From contig NZ_FXAJ01000001.1 in assembly GCF_900177535.1 (NCBI RefSeq), positions 1,006,214-1,030,213 of the forward strand: a stretch of 24,000 bases of DNA, read 5' to 3'. Below are positions 8,758 to 16,595 of this stretch, piece after piece (position 1 is the stretch's first letter; each line of letters starts with the position of its first letter). The notes beneath the pieces are model-generated. The model ran no database searches and was not told the origin of the DNA. It worked only from the letters and a program-made list of their open reading frames with translations. Origin of the DNA: Priestia filamentosa. GTDB lineage: Bacteria; Bacillota; Bacilli; Bacillales; Bacillaceae_H. The position numbers and the translations under genes were made by a program.

Positions 8758-9228
8758 ATGATTAAACTTTTACGCGTTGATCATCGATTACTACATGGAC
8801 AGGTGGCTTTTTCTTGGACTCAGAACATAGGAGCAGACTGTATTTTGATTGCAAATGATGACGTTCTAGTAAACGAATTGCGTAAAACAACAATTAAGTT
8901 AGCAAAACCCCATGGAGTAAAATTGGTTATTAAAAATATAGAAGATTCTATAAAGGCATTAAAAAGCGGGATTACAGATAAATACAAACTATTTATTGTT
9001 GTAGAGTCCGTTTCAGATGCTGAAAGAATTGTAAGTGCTTATAGCGAAATTAAACAGGTTAATTTAGGCGGAATTAAAGCAAGAGAAGGGGCGCGCAATA
9101 TTTCTAAAGCAGTAAACCTTTTACCAGAAGAGGAAGAATTAATAAGAAAGATGGTAACACAAGGAGTTGAAGTTGAGATCCGTCAAGTTCCAAATGATAG
9201 AAGAGTGCTGGCACACCATGTATTATAA
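8758..9228 (+). CDS. PTS mannose/sorbose-family EIIB component
   Basis: 156 aa. The N-terminal LLRVDHRLLHGQV matches the EIIB-Man active-site His motif (RxDxRLxHGQV). RBS GGGAGGAAG lies upstream. Confidence 0.9.
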   Translation: MIKLLRVDHRLLHGQVAFSWTQNIGADCILIANDDVLVNELRKTTIKLAKPHGVKLVIKNIEDSIKALKSGITDKYKLFIVVESVSDAERIVSAYSEIKQVNLGGIKAREGARNISKAVNLLPEEEELIRKMVTQGVEVEIRQVPNDRRVLAHHVL

Positions 9229-9256
9229 AAGGTCTTTCATATAGGGGGGATTCAAA

Positions 9257-10042
9257 TTGATTACAGCACTGTTACTTGGTTTAGTTGCCTTTATAGCACA
9301 AAGTGAATATGCCCTAGGAACCAGCTTATTATCCCGGCCACTTGTAACAGGTTTATTAGTCGGGATTGTTATGGGAGATATTAAAACAGGAGTCATTATG
9401 GGAGCGACTTTGGAATTAGCTTTTATTGGTTCTTTTTCAGTTGGAGCCGCAATCCCTCCTGATGTTGTCACAGGCGGTGTTCTTGGAACGGCATTTGCTA
9501 TTTCATCAAATGCTGGTCCAGATACAGCATTGTTACTAGGATTACCCATTGCTACTCTTACGCTTGTTCTAAAGAATATTTATTTAGGGCTATTCTTACC
9601 TGCTCTATCCCATAAAGCAGATAAGTATGCTGAGGAAGGTAATACAAGAGGAATCGAAGCTATGCATTTAATAGGAGGATTCGGGCTTTCTTTTATGCTT
9701 GCAGCTATTGTTACGACTTCATTTTATGTGGGATCTGATGCTATTAAGCATGTATTAGATGCTATTCCTAACTTTATTCAAACTGGGTTAGAAGTTGCAA
9801 CCGGAGTTTTACCAGCTCTTGGATTTGCAATGTTAGCTAGACTGTTAATTAATAAGAAGGTTATTCCCTACTTTTTCTTAGGATTTTTAATTGTTGCTTA
9901 TTTAGAAATTCCTATAACAGGTATTGCTTTACTTGGAGCTATTGTAGCCGTAATTATGGTGAACGTTATGCAAGTTCAGAAGGCCAATCTTGCAACAAAT
10001 CAAGGGGGAGTGATAGACGATGACATCGATGAAGACTTCTAA
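9257..10042 (+). CDS. PTS mannose-family EIIC membrane component
   Basis: 261-aa polytopic hydrophobic protein with a TTG start preceded by AGGGGGGA. Position and size fit ManY/LevF-type EIIC. Confidence 0.85.
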   Translation: MITALLLGLVAFIAQSEYALGTSLLSRPLVTGLLVGIVMGDIKTGVIMGATLELAFIGSFSVGAAIPPDVVTGGVLGTAFAISSNAGPDTALLLGLPIATLTLVLKNIYLGLFLPALSHKADKYAEEGNTRGIEAMHLIGGFGLSFMLAAIVTTSFYVGSDAIKHVLDAIPNFIQTGLEVATGVLPALGFAMLARLLINKKVIPYFFLGFLIVAYLEIPITGIALLGAIVAVIMVNVMQVQKANLATNQGGVIDDDIDEDF

Positions 10043-10874
10043 TAATGAACAAGTGAAAGAAAATATAAATGAGATAGACATAAATAAAAAGGATCTTAAC
10101 CGCGTATTCTGGCGTTCTTTTCAAATGGAATTCTCATGGAATTATGAGCGGCAAATGAATTTAGCTTATACGTATGCAATGATTCCCATCTTGAAAAAGC
10201 TTTATAAGAAAAAAGAAGACCTTTCTGAATCCTTGAAAAGACATCTAGAATTTTTCAATACCACTCCTCATATCGTTACGTTGATGCTAGGTGTGTCAAC
10301 AGCTATGGAAAAACAAAATGCAGTTGATCCTAATTTTGATTCTTCAACAATTAATAGTGTAAAAGCTTCATTGATGGGCCCTTTGGCAGGTCTAGGGGAT
10401 TCACTTTATTGGGGAACACTGCGGTTAATTGCCACAGGAATAGGCACATCACTTGCCTTGCAAGGAAATATACTTGGCCCTATTTTATTTTTACTCATTT
10501 TTAATATCCCTCATATTGTTCTTCGCTTCATTTTTACACGGTTAGGATTCAAGATGGGGACTGGTTTTCTGCAAAATCTACAAAAAAAAGGGACGATGGA
10601 AAGTCTTACATTTGGCGCTGCAATACTTGGATTGATGGTTATTGGAGGAATGAGTGCTTCTATGATTACGCTTGAAGTTCCTCTTAAAATTGGCAGCGGG
10701 GAAAATGCTACAAAGGTACAAGATATATTAAACAATATTATGCCTGGATTACTCCCATTGGGTGCTTTTGGCATCATGTATTGGTTGCTAGGAAAGGGAG
10801 TTAAAGCAACGTCCATTCTTCTAGGAATTGCCTTAGTTGGAATATGTGGAGTGTGGATCGGAGTTTTTGGTTAA
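10020..10874 (+). CDS. PTS mannose-family EIID membrane component
   Basis: 284 aa with the EIID-typical N-terminal segment (RVFWRSFQMEFSWNYERQMNLAYTYAMIP). ATG 10020 is preceded by GGGGGAG with a 9-nt spacer and overlaps the EIIC 3' end by 23 nt. Confidence 0.85.
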   Translation: MTSMKTSNNEQVKENINEIDINKKDLNRVFWRSFQMEFSWNYERQMNLAYTYAMIPILKKLYKKKEDLSESLKRHLEFFNTTPHIVTLMLGVSTAMEKQNAVDPNFDSSTINSVKASLMGPLAGLGDSLYWGTLRLIATGIGTSLALQGNILGPILFLLIFNIPHIVLRFIFTRLGFKMGTGFLQNLQKKGTMESLTFGAAILGLMVIGGMSASMITLEVPLKIGSGENATKVQDILNNIMPGLLPLGAFGIMYWLLGKGVKATSILLGIALVGICGVWIGVFG

Positions 10875-10899
10875 GAGATAGATTTCTAATAAAGGAAAG

Positions 10900-11985
10900 G
10901 TGATTAATGTGCAAGAGACAATGATGACCTATGTTCACGAAGAACAACAGGTTTGCAGGGAAATCTTAAATAATTACGAAAGAAACTTAGCCTCATTTCA
11001 GCAAATAATCAATAAGAAAAAACCAAGAAACTGGCTTATTCTTGCAACAGGTTCAAGTGCTAACGCTATGCTAAGTGTCAAATATTATATAGAAAAAGTG
11101 GCAGACGTGTCTATTGAGATTCAAGAACCATTTAACTTTGTCCATTACGGAAAAATTAGACAATCAGCTGATTTCGTTCTAGCTGTATCCCAAGGGGGAC
11201 ATAGTTATTCAACAATTGAAGCATTAAAGAAAGTTTATCGTGAAGATAGAGTTCCAACTGCTGTATTAACATCTAAATTGGATAGTCCTATTGCAAAATA
11301 TGCTGATACTGTTATTGATATTGGGTGTGGGGTAGAGAAAGTTGGTTTTGTAACGAAAGGATTTACAGCGACTGTCCTCACTTCTCTGCTCATGGGGATT
11401 TTAGCGGGTGTTTCTTACGGAGAAGTAGGAGTAAAGGAAAAACAAAGAAAACTTGACGAGCTGAATAAAGCTATAGAGCATATTCCTATCATTATTCGTA
11501 AAACAGAACAATTTTATACTCAGCATTGGAAGGAATTAAATTCCATTCCTCGTTTTGCCATTGTGGGATATGGCCCGTCAGTTGGGACAGCAAAGGAAGG
11601 GGAGACAAAGTTTACTGAAACCATTCGGGTTCCTACTCAAGGCTTTGAGCTAGAAGCCTATATGCACGGTCCCTATTTAGAAGTCAATAAAAATTATAGT
11701 TTGATTTTCTTGAAAACGGGTGGAGTGCTTGCAGAACGTATGGAAAAATTGAAGGAGTATTTTTCATCTTATACAGAACATTGCTTTTCTATCTCAATGA
11801 ATGAAGAAAGTGAAAGAGATGCAAAAACGTTATCTTTAGATATTGAGAGTAATGAACTTTTAAGCCCATTATTTATGGCCATTCCTCTTCAAATATTAGC
11901 CTATAGAATTACTACTGGAAAAGGGATAGATTTAGGAGTACGTATCTTTGATGACTTCGATAAAGTTTTAAAAAGCAAAGTTTAA
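10900..11985 (+). CDS. Double-SIS-domain sugar-phosphate isomerase/deglycase (GlmS-isomerase/AgaS/GfrE-like)
   Basis: About 360 aa with SIS signatures (ILATGSSANA, AVSQGGHSYSTIEA). The start is uncertain: GTG 10900, GTG 10909 or ATG 10921. It lies within the PTS operon. Confidence 0.75.
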   Translation: MINVQETMMTYVHEEQQVCREILNNYERNLASFQQIINKKKPRNWLILATGSSANAMLSVKYYIEKVADVSIEIQEPFNFVHYGKIRQSADFVLAVSQGGHSYSTIEALKKVYREDRVPTAVLTSKLDSPIAKYADTVIDIGCGVEKVGFVTKGFTATVLTSLLMGILAGVSYGEVGVKEKQRKLDELNKAIEHIPIIIRKTEQFYTQHWKELNSIPRFAIVGYGPSVGTAKEGETKFTETIRVPTQGFELEAYMHGPYLEVNKNYSLIFLKTGGVLAERMEKLKEYFSSYTEHCFSISMNEESERDAKTLSLDIESNELLSPLFMAIPLQILAYRITTGKGIDLGVRIFDDFDKVLKSKV

Positions 11986-12017
11986 TTATAAAAACTAGTA
12001 ATATAGGAGGAAACAAG

Positions 12018-13028
12018 ATGTTGAAATTTGATGAAGAACTATATTTAAAGAATGGTCACATCACTTATGAGACTAGAGAAGAAATCGAGAAAATAGCGAA
12101 TGAAATTTCTGAAGAAGGGTTTAGTAACATCTTTTTTATATCAGTTGGTGGGTCTATCTCCATCATGTGGCCGATTCAAGAAATGTTAAAACAAATGACT
12201 AATATTCCTGTATTTTCGGAACAGGCAGGAGAAGTGGTTCTAACAGGGCACAAACAATTAACAAAGGACTCTATTGTTATAATGGCTTCTAAATCTGGAG
12301 ATACAAAAGAGACAGTAGCTGCTGCTGAATGGTGCAAGATAAATGGTTTTCGAGTTGTTTCATTAGTAGGAACTCCAGAAGCTCCTCTAGAAAAGGCTAG
12401 TAGGTGGGTTATCCCAAACAAAGCGAAGAATGGAGTAGAGTTTGAATACATGCAGTTATTTATGTTTGTATTTAAATTACTTTATAATGCTGGCGAATTT
12501 GATGATTATCCGGCATTCGCTAATCAGATAAAATATCTTCCAGATAATTTATTAAGAGCAAAGCAAAAGTTTGAACCTGTTGCAGATGAAATTGCTCAAT
12601 CTTATCATGATGAACAATATAACATCTGGATAGGAAATGGAGAAATGTGGGGAGAAGTATATCTCTTTTCTATGTGTATCCTTGAGGAGATGCAGTGGGT
12701 GCGAACGAAGGCTGTTTCCTCATCTGAATTTTTTCACGGAACACTAGAGCTAATAGATGAAAATGTTCCTGTTTTTCTAGTTAAAGGTGAAGGAAAACGA
12801 AGAGTTCTTGATGACCGAGTGGAAAGGTTTTGTAAACAATATACGAAAAAGCTCGTTGTTCTTGATACAAAAGATTATGAGCTAACAGGGATTGATGAAA
12901 AGTTTCGATGGATTTTAGCACCAACGATCTCTTCCGCTCTTTTAGTAGATCGTCTAGCGCGTTATTATGAAAAATATACAGGTCATGATTTGGATATGCG
13001 TCGTTACTATCGACAGTTTGATTATTAA
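12018..13028 (+). CDS. SIS-domain fructosamine-6-phosphate deglycase-like protein (FrlB/GfrF-like)
   Basis: 336 aa with RBS AGGAGG. SIS motifs are present (FFISVGGS, MASKSGDTKETVAAAEW). The C-terminal RRYYRQFDY resembles my recollection of the E. coli FrlB C-terminus (RRYYGGLVEY). Confidence 0.75.
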   Translation: MLKFDEELYLKNGHITYETREEIEKIANEISEEGFSNIFFISVGGSISIMWPIQEMLKQMTNIPVFSEQAGEVVLTGHKQLTKDSIVIMASKSGDTKETVAAAEWCKINGFRVVSLVGTPEAPLEKASRWVIPNKAKNGVEFEYMQLFMFVFKLLYNAGEFDDYPAFANQIKYLPDNLLRAKQKFEPVADEIAQSYHDEQYNIWIGNGEMWGEVYLFSMCILEEMQWVRTKAVSSSEFFHGTLELIDENVPVFLVKGEGKRRVLDDRVERFCKQYTKKLVVLDTKDYELTGIDEKFRWILAPTISSALLVDRLARYYEKYTGHDLDMRRYYRQFDY

Positions 13029-13063
13029 AATATATTTTTAAAGGGGTAGCTCCGAGGGAATTT

Positions 13064-13080
13064 GGAGATTATCTCCTTTT
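13064..13080 (+). terminator. Weak candidate terminator of the PTS/SIS operon
   Basis: GGAGA-TTA-TCTCC forms a 5-bp stem with a 3-nt loop, followed by TTTT. It starts 36 nt after the stop. The stem is short, so support is weak. Confidence 0.3.
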
Positions 13081-13237
13081 ATACTGAGTTAAATATAGTT
13101 GTTATGTAGAGAAAGTTTATGTAAGCTAAGAAAATTAAATGAAGATAAGCGGAGTGAATGGAATTTTTGAAGAATTACTCAGTATGTTATTATACGAATA
13201 AGCTGTATTTATTCTTCTAAAAAGGTAGTGAAGCACT

Positions 13238-13542
13238 TTGGTAAAACTCATTTTATTTGCGAACGCTATCATCTTTTATTTATGGCTTATTCTCCAGATT
13301 GCTTTAGACGTAAGCGTTACTCGTAATTTATTAAACTACCTCATTTTAATTCTTATGTTTTTCTTACTTATTAAACACCTTAAAAAGAAAAGTCGGAAAA
13401 TGGTGATGTTATAAAAGTTGCGTTACCAGCTGTCATTGTCATATTTATATTGTTGATTTTAATTCAAGTAGCTTTACAGGAAAATATTGTTCAAAATCCA
13501 CTGAACTATGTGATTGTAGCGACCATTTTTTTCTTGCTATAA
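13238..13542 (+). pseudogene. Possible frameshifted small membrane-protein gene (two hydrophobic reading-frame segments)
   Basis: A 58-codon TTG-start ORF (13238-13414) encodes LVKLILFANAIIFYLWLILQIAL...LIKHLKKKSRKMVML. A second hydrophobic open frame (+2, open from 13384 to stop 13540-13542) encodes ...VALPAVIVIFILLILIQVAL...YVIVATIFFLL and has no start codon. The two frames overlap at an A-rich run (13382-13400). Confidence 0.25.
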
Positions 13543-13567
13543 AGTATATAAAAAGCAGAGTACAATA

Positions 13568-13601
13568 AGAAAAGCCCAAGACACAAAGTCTTGGGCTTTT
13601 C
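13568..13601 (-). terminator. guaC terminator (hairpin flanked by A and T runs, potentially bidirectional)
   Basis: AAAGCCCAAGAC (13571-13582) pairs with GTCTTGGGCTTT (13588-13599) around the loop ACAAA. On the minus strand TTTTCTT follows. Confidence 0.85.
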
Positions 13602-13607
13602 TATTCA

Positions 13608-14594
13608 TTAATACGTTTTATCTCCATTAAAAATCGAATTTTTCACGATTACATAATCAACGTTACGAATAGCTTCTAACTTATTGCCACCAGCATAAGA
13701 AATAGAAGACTGAAGATCCTGTTGCATTTCTGTTAACGTATCTTGAAGAGCACCTTTATGTTCTACGTACATTTTCTTTCCTTCAACGTTTTTCTTTTCG
13801 CCTTTTTGGAATTCTGAAGCTGAGCCAAAGTATTCTTTGTAGAGCTTGCCATCTTCTCGTACAACAGACTCTCCAGGAGACTCTTCATGACCAGCAAATA
13901 GAGAACCAATCATAACCATAGCAGCACCAAAGCGAACAGATTTTGCGATGTCCCCGTGCGTACGGATTCCGCCATCAGCGATAATTGGTTTGCTTGCGGC
14001 TTTTGCACACCAGCGAAGAGCAGCTAGCTGCCATCCTCCTGTTCCAAAGCCTGTTTTAATTTTTGTAATACATACTTTTCCTGGACCGATGCCAACTTTA
14101 GTTGCGTCTGCACCAGCGCGCTCTAATTCACGTACTGCTTCAGGCGTTCCAACGTTTCCAGCAATAACGAATGTAGTTGGTAAAAGGTTTTTAATATGTC
14201 CAATCATTTTAATCACGGCGTTTGAATGACCGTGGGCAATATCAATTGTAATATATTCTGGCGCAAGACCTTCATCCGCAAGCTGTTGAACAAATGTGTA
14301 CTCTTCTTCTTTAACACCAACGCTAATAGATGCGAATAGTCCACGTTCTTTCATATCTTTTACAAAGGAAAGTCGCTTTTCTGGTTGGAAACGGTGCATT
14401 ACATAAAAGTAACCGTTTTCTGCTAAGTAAACAGAGATTTTTTCATCGATAATTGTTTGCATGTTTGCAGGAACTACAGGAAGTTTGAACGTACGACCGC
14501 CAAACTCGACCGTTGTATCACACTCAGAACGGCTATTTACTACAGACTTAGCTGGAATTAACTGAATATCTTCATAGTCAAATACATTTTCCAT
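13608..14594 (-). CDS. guaC: GMP reductase
   Basis: The 328-aa protein is near-collinear with my recollection of Bacillus subtilis GuaC ([16 protein letters not shown]..., [40 protein letters not shown]). RBS GAGGTG lies upstream. Confidence 0.92.
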   Translation of the reverse strand: MENVFDYEDIQLIPAKSVVNSRSECDTTVEFGGRTFKLPVVPANMQTIIDEKISVYLAENGYFYVMHRFQPEKRLSFVKDMKERGLFASISVGVKEEEYTFVQQLADEGLAPEYITIDIAHGHSNAVIKMIGHIKNLLPTTFVIAGNVGTPEAVRELERAGADATKVGIGPGKVCITKIKTGFGTGGWQLAALRWCAKAASKPIIADGGIRTHGDIAKSVRFGAAMVMIGSLFAGHEESPGESVVREDGKLYKEYFGSASEFQKGEKKNVEGKKMYVEHKGALQDTLTEMQQDLQSSISYAGGNKLEAIRNVDYVIVKNSIFNGDKTY

Positions 14595-14607
14595 TAGTTA
14601 CACCTCT

Positions 14608-14652
14608 AAATACGAATATTTATATTTAAATTCACTTTCAACGTTCGTTAAA
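14608..14652 (-). promoter_or_regulatory. Candidate PurR operator (inverted PurBox-like pair) downstream of the guaC -10
   Basis: On the minus strand, TTTAACGAACGTT (14652-14640) and the inverted AATATTCGTATTT (14620-14608) both carry the CGAA core and are separated by 19 nt. B. subtilis guaC is a reported PurR-regulon member. Confidence 0.4.
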
Positions 14653-14681
14653 AATATACTTCATTTTGAGTGAGTTGTCAA
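14653..14681 (-). promoter_or_regulatory. Sigma-A-type promoter of guaC
   Basis: On the minus strand, TTGACA (14681-14676) is separated by exactly 17 nt from TATATT (14658-14653). The -10 ends 58 nt upstream of the ATG. Confidence 0.6.
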
Positions 14682-15198
14682 ACTTTTATAATATTTTTAT
14701 TTTTCGAAAGGAAATAATATTTTTATAAGGATTTGAACATAAAAAGTAGGGAAGTAAGCGCTATATTCCTCTTTTCTTTTCTTCATTTAATTATTTCTAT
14801 AGTTAAGAGGGAAAAGGCGTATTGTTCGGCTTTTTGAAGATCAACTAAAATAAAATGTGTAGGCGGGATGTAAATTAAAATACTTTCTGTTTATTTCTTT
14901 TTTAGCATCTTCGTTAAAAATGAACTTATTCAGATAAATTTAAAATAGAAGAATCAGTTTGGAATAGTGAAAGGAATAGACCTATGGAAAGAAGGGAGAA
15001 GACGAACCTTCCTATTTCGAACATAAGGCATATATTATAAGGGTGATGTGTAAATAATGTAGCATCGAAGTGCATGATCTTTATAAGAAAAATGATAGGA
15101 TGTTATGAGAAGAAGTTATTTTCTAATGTTTTGTTAGGTGACCAAAAGGTTTTTCAATAAGCCTCATTTCTTTGATAATCTTGTACATAAGAGAAATA

Positions 15199-15232
15199 AA
15201 AAACCTAGCTTACCTGTAAGCTAGGTTTTTGC
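15199..15232 (-). terminator. Terminator of the HPr-like/RraA-like operon
   Basis: AAACCTAGCTTA pairs with TAAGCTAGGTTT in a long perfect stem (15201-15228). On the minus strand T6 follows. It begins right after the stop at 15237. Confidence 0.85.
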
Positions 15233-15236
15233 GCTG

Positions 15237-15863
15237 TTATTTTGCTGTTTTATTAATCATATTATCTAAGTATTCTTTAATAGCTTCAGGATTCCCAGAA
15301 ATTTTTTGTTCTCTTTCTTCATCTTTGCGCAGTTTTTGAAGCGCCTTTTTTAACACTGTTTCTGCCTGACTTTGGGGAACAACTACAACACCGTCCGCAT
15401 CACCAACAAGGATGTCGCCTTGACTGATTGAAACACCTCCGCAAGAAATCGGCACGTTCAATTCACCTACGCCTGCTTTTCCGCTTGCCGCAACAGCTGT
15501 ACTTTTACAGAAAACAGGGAAATTCAGTTCTTTAATTCCAACAACATCTCGAACAGCACCGTCTACAACAAGTGCACTAGCCCCAAGCGTTTGCATCATT
15601 CCGACAACAAAATCTCCCGCAATTCCACGGTAGCTGTTTCCTTTTGTATCTATAATAATAACGTCGCCTTCTCTTGCTTGTCGTATGGCCTTTAAGACGG
15701 CAAGGTTATCTCCAACAGGCATCTTAACGGTTAGGGCTCGTCCGGCAAATTTGTACTCTTCTTTTAATGGTTTAATAGCTGAGTCCAAGTTATTTAACCC
15801 ATCCATTGCATCTGATATACATGTTGTTGGTACTTCCTTAAACTGATTTATAATGTAGTCCAT
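15237..15863 (-). CDS. RraA / 4-hydroxy-4-methyl-2-oxoglutarate aldolase / oxaloacetate decarboxylase family protein
   Basis: 208 aa with the family-typical pattern: TTCISDAMDG, GDVIIIDTKG, GDFVVGMMQTLGASALVVDGAVRD and GDILVGDADGVVVVP. RBS AGGGGGAAAAGGG lies upstream. Confidence 0.85.
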   Translation of the reverse strand: MDYIINQFKEVPTTCISDAMDGLNNLDSAIKPLKEEYKFAGRALTVKMPVGDNLAVLKAIRQAREGDVIIIDTKGNSYRGIAGDFVVGMMQTLGASALVVDGAVRDVVGIKELNFPVFCKSTAVAASGKAGVGELNVPISCGGVSISQGDILVGDADGVVVVPQSQAETVLKKALQKLRKDEEREQKISGNPEAIKEYLDNMINKTAK

Positions 15864-15909
15864 CCCTTTTCCCCCTGTACAGTTTAGTAGAAATCAAAAA
15901 AGTGGCGAG

Positions 15910-16158
15910 TTAGACAAGCTCAATAGGAAGATTGTTTTTCCAAAAAACGTGTGACATCGCTCGTTTTGCTCCTTCTTCATCTTCTCCATGTATTTCAACT
16001 TGAAATGATTGAGAATTAAGTACTGTATACGTTAGACCAAGAATACTTTTGGCATCAATCGTTTTATCATCTGTTTTGATGACAATGCTTGATTGAAATT
16101 TATTTGCTGTTTCGTTAATCTCCACAACAACTTTTGCTAATGATTTATTTAATACCAT
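15910..16158 (-). CDS. HPr-domain-like protein, N-terminally truncated and lacking the His15 site but keeping the Ser46-type KSI motif
   Basis: The 82-aa protein aligns by eye to HPr residues about 14-88 with an offset of 8. ETANKFQSSIVIK corresponds to QTASKYDADVNLE, and TIDAKSILGL to TVNLKSIMGV. The GIHARP loop position reads KSLAKV. An in-frame TGA 6 nt upstream of the ATG excludes a longer N-terminus. RBS GGAGAGG is present. Confidence 0.65.
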   Translation of the reverse strand: MVLNKSLAKVVVEINETANKFQSSIVIKTDDKTIDAKSILGLTYTVLNSQSFQVEIHGEDEEGAKRAMSHVFWKNNLPIELV

Positions 16159-16242
16159 CTTTCACACGCCTCTCCAAATGTGTTCACTACTTTGTTAGAC
16201 GGTTTAGCTTCTCTAAGGGTGTTATAAATGTCTACAATGTTC

Positions 16243-16271
16243 ATTATATAATCATTTCCATAGATTATGAA
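16243..16271 (-). promoter_or_regulatory. Candidate sigma-A promoter for the HPr-like/RraA-like operon
   Basis: On the minus strand, TTCATA (16271-16266) is separated by 17 nt from TATAAT (16248-16243), about 85 nt upstream of the ATG. Confidence 0.3.
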
Positions 16272-16595
16272 AATAGAAAAAAAGAATGAATAACCATTAA
16301 GAAAACTTATCACAAAACTGGTAAGGTGAGAGAACATGTTAAAAAGAAACGGGGCGGAATTTGTTTACTGAATATCAGTAATAAATAATAAAAAGAAAGT
16401 ATAAAAGAGAATAAGGGGAGGGGAAAACACCTTTTAATGTACTTGTTGATCTCTTAGTAAGAAAACTACAGAGTGAAAAATCTTAACAAATATGTTATAT
16501 ATGAAGCATTATTTTTTTTAGCTTTATAAGCATACTAATGAAAAAGATTTCGGATGCTTATAAAGGGAGAAATAAGTTTTAAAAGGAGAGGTAAG

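Noticed and set aside
9223-12451. Minus-strand ORFs 9223..9549, 10511..10816 and 12176..12451 opposite the PTS and SIS genes.
   Set aside because: These are shadow ORFs opposite genes with clear family motifs and operon structure.
4333-13240. Searched the flanks of the PTS cluster for direct repeats, att-like sites, integrase or transposase remnants that would mark a mobile island.
   Set aside because: No shared flank repeats longer than about 9 nt and no recombinase ORFs were seen. A 9-bp inverted repeat, ATACTGAGT/ACTCAGTAT (about 13081 and 13176), is within chance.
13948-14229. Plus-strand ORF (93 aa) inside guaC, and the analogous 22710..22943 ORF inside the GH4 gene.
   Set aside because: Both are antisense to highly recognisable conserved genes. 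Their Pro/Arg/Ser-rich composition is typical of the reverse frame of GC-richer coding sequence.
15105-15137. A mini-ORF, MRRSYFLMFC, sharing its first five residues with the 59-aa membrane protein at 16596 (MRRSYTVFFLC); possible decayed paralogue.
   Set aside because: It is only 10 codons with no RBS, and a five-residue match in AT-rich sequence is within chance.
14595-15236. Looked for a purine (guanine/adenine) riboswitch or T-box in the long guaC upstream region.
   Set aside because: I could not find the conserved purine-riboswitch core (the UAUAAU...CCGUAAAU...GACUAUG-type junction sequences) on the minus strand. The predicted leader is only about 50 nt. An Rfam scan would be needed to be definitive.
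16149-16337. A 62-aa minus-strand ORF overlapping the start of the HPr-like gene.
   Set aside because: It has no RBS and its hydrophobic low-complexity sequence derives from AT-rich DNA. It contains the predicted -35/-10 of the operon, so it is more likely promoter and 5' UTR. It does not resemble the missing HPr N-terminus, so it is not the upstream half of a frameshifted HPr.
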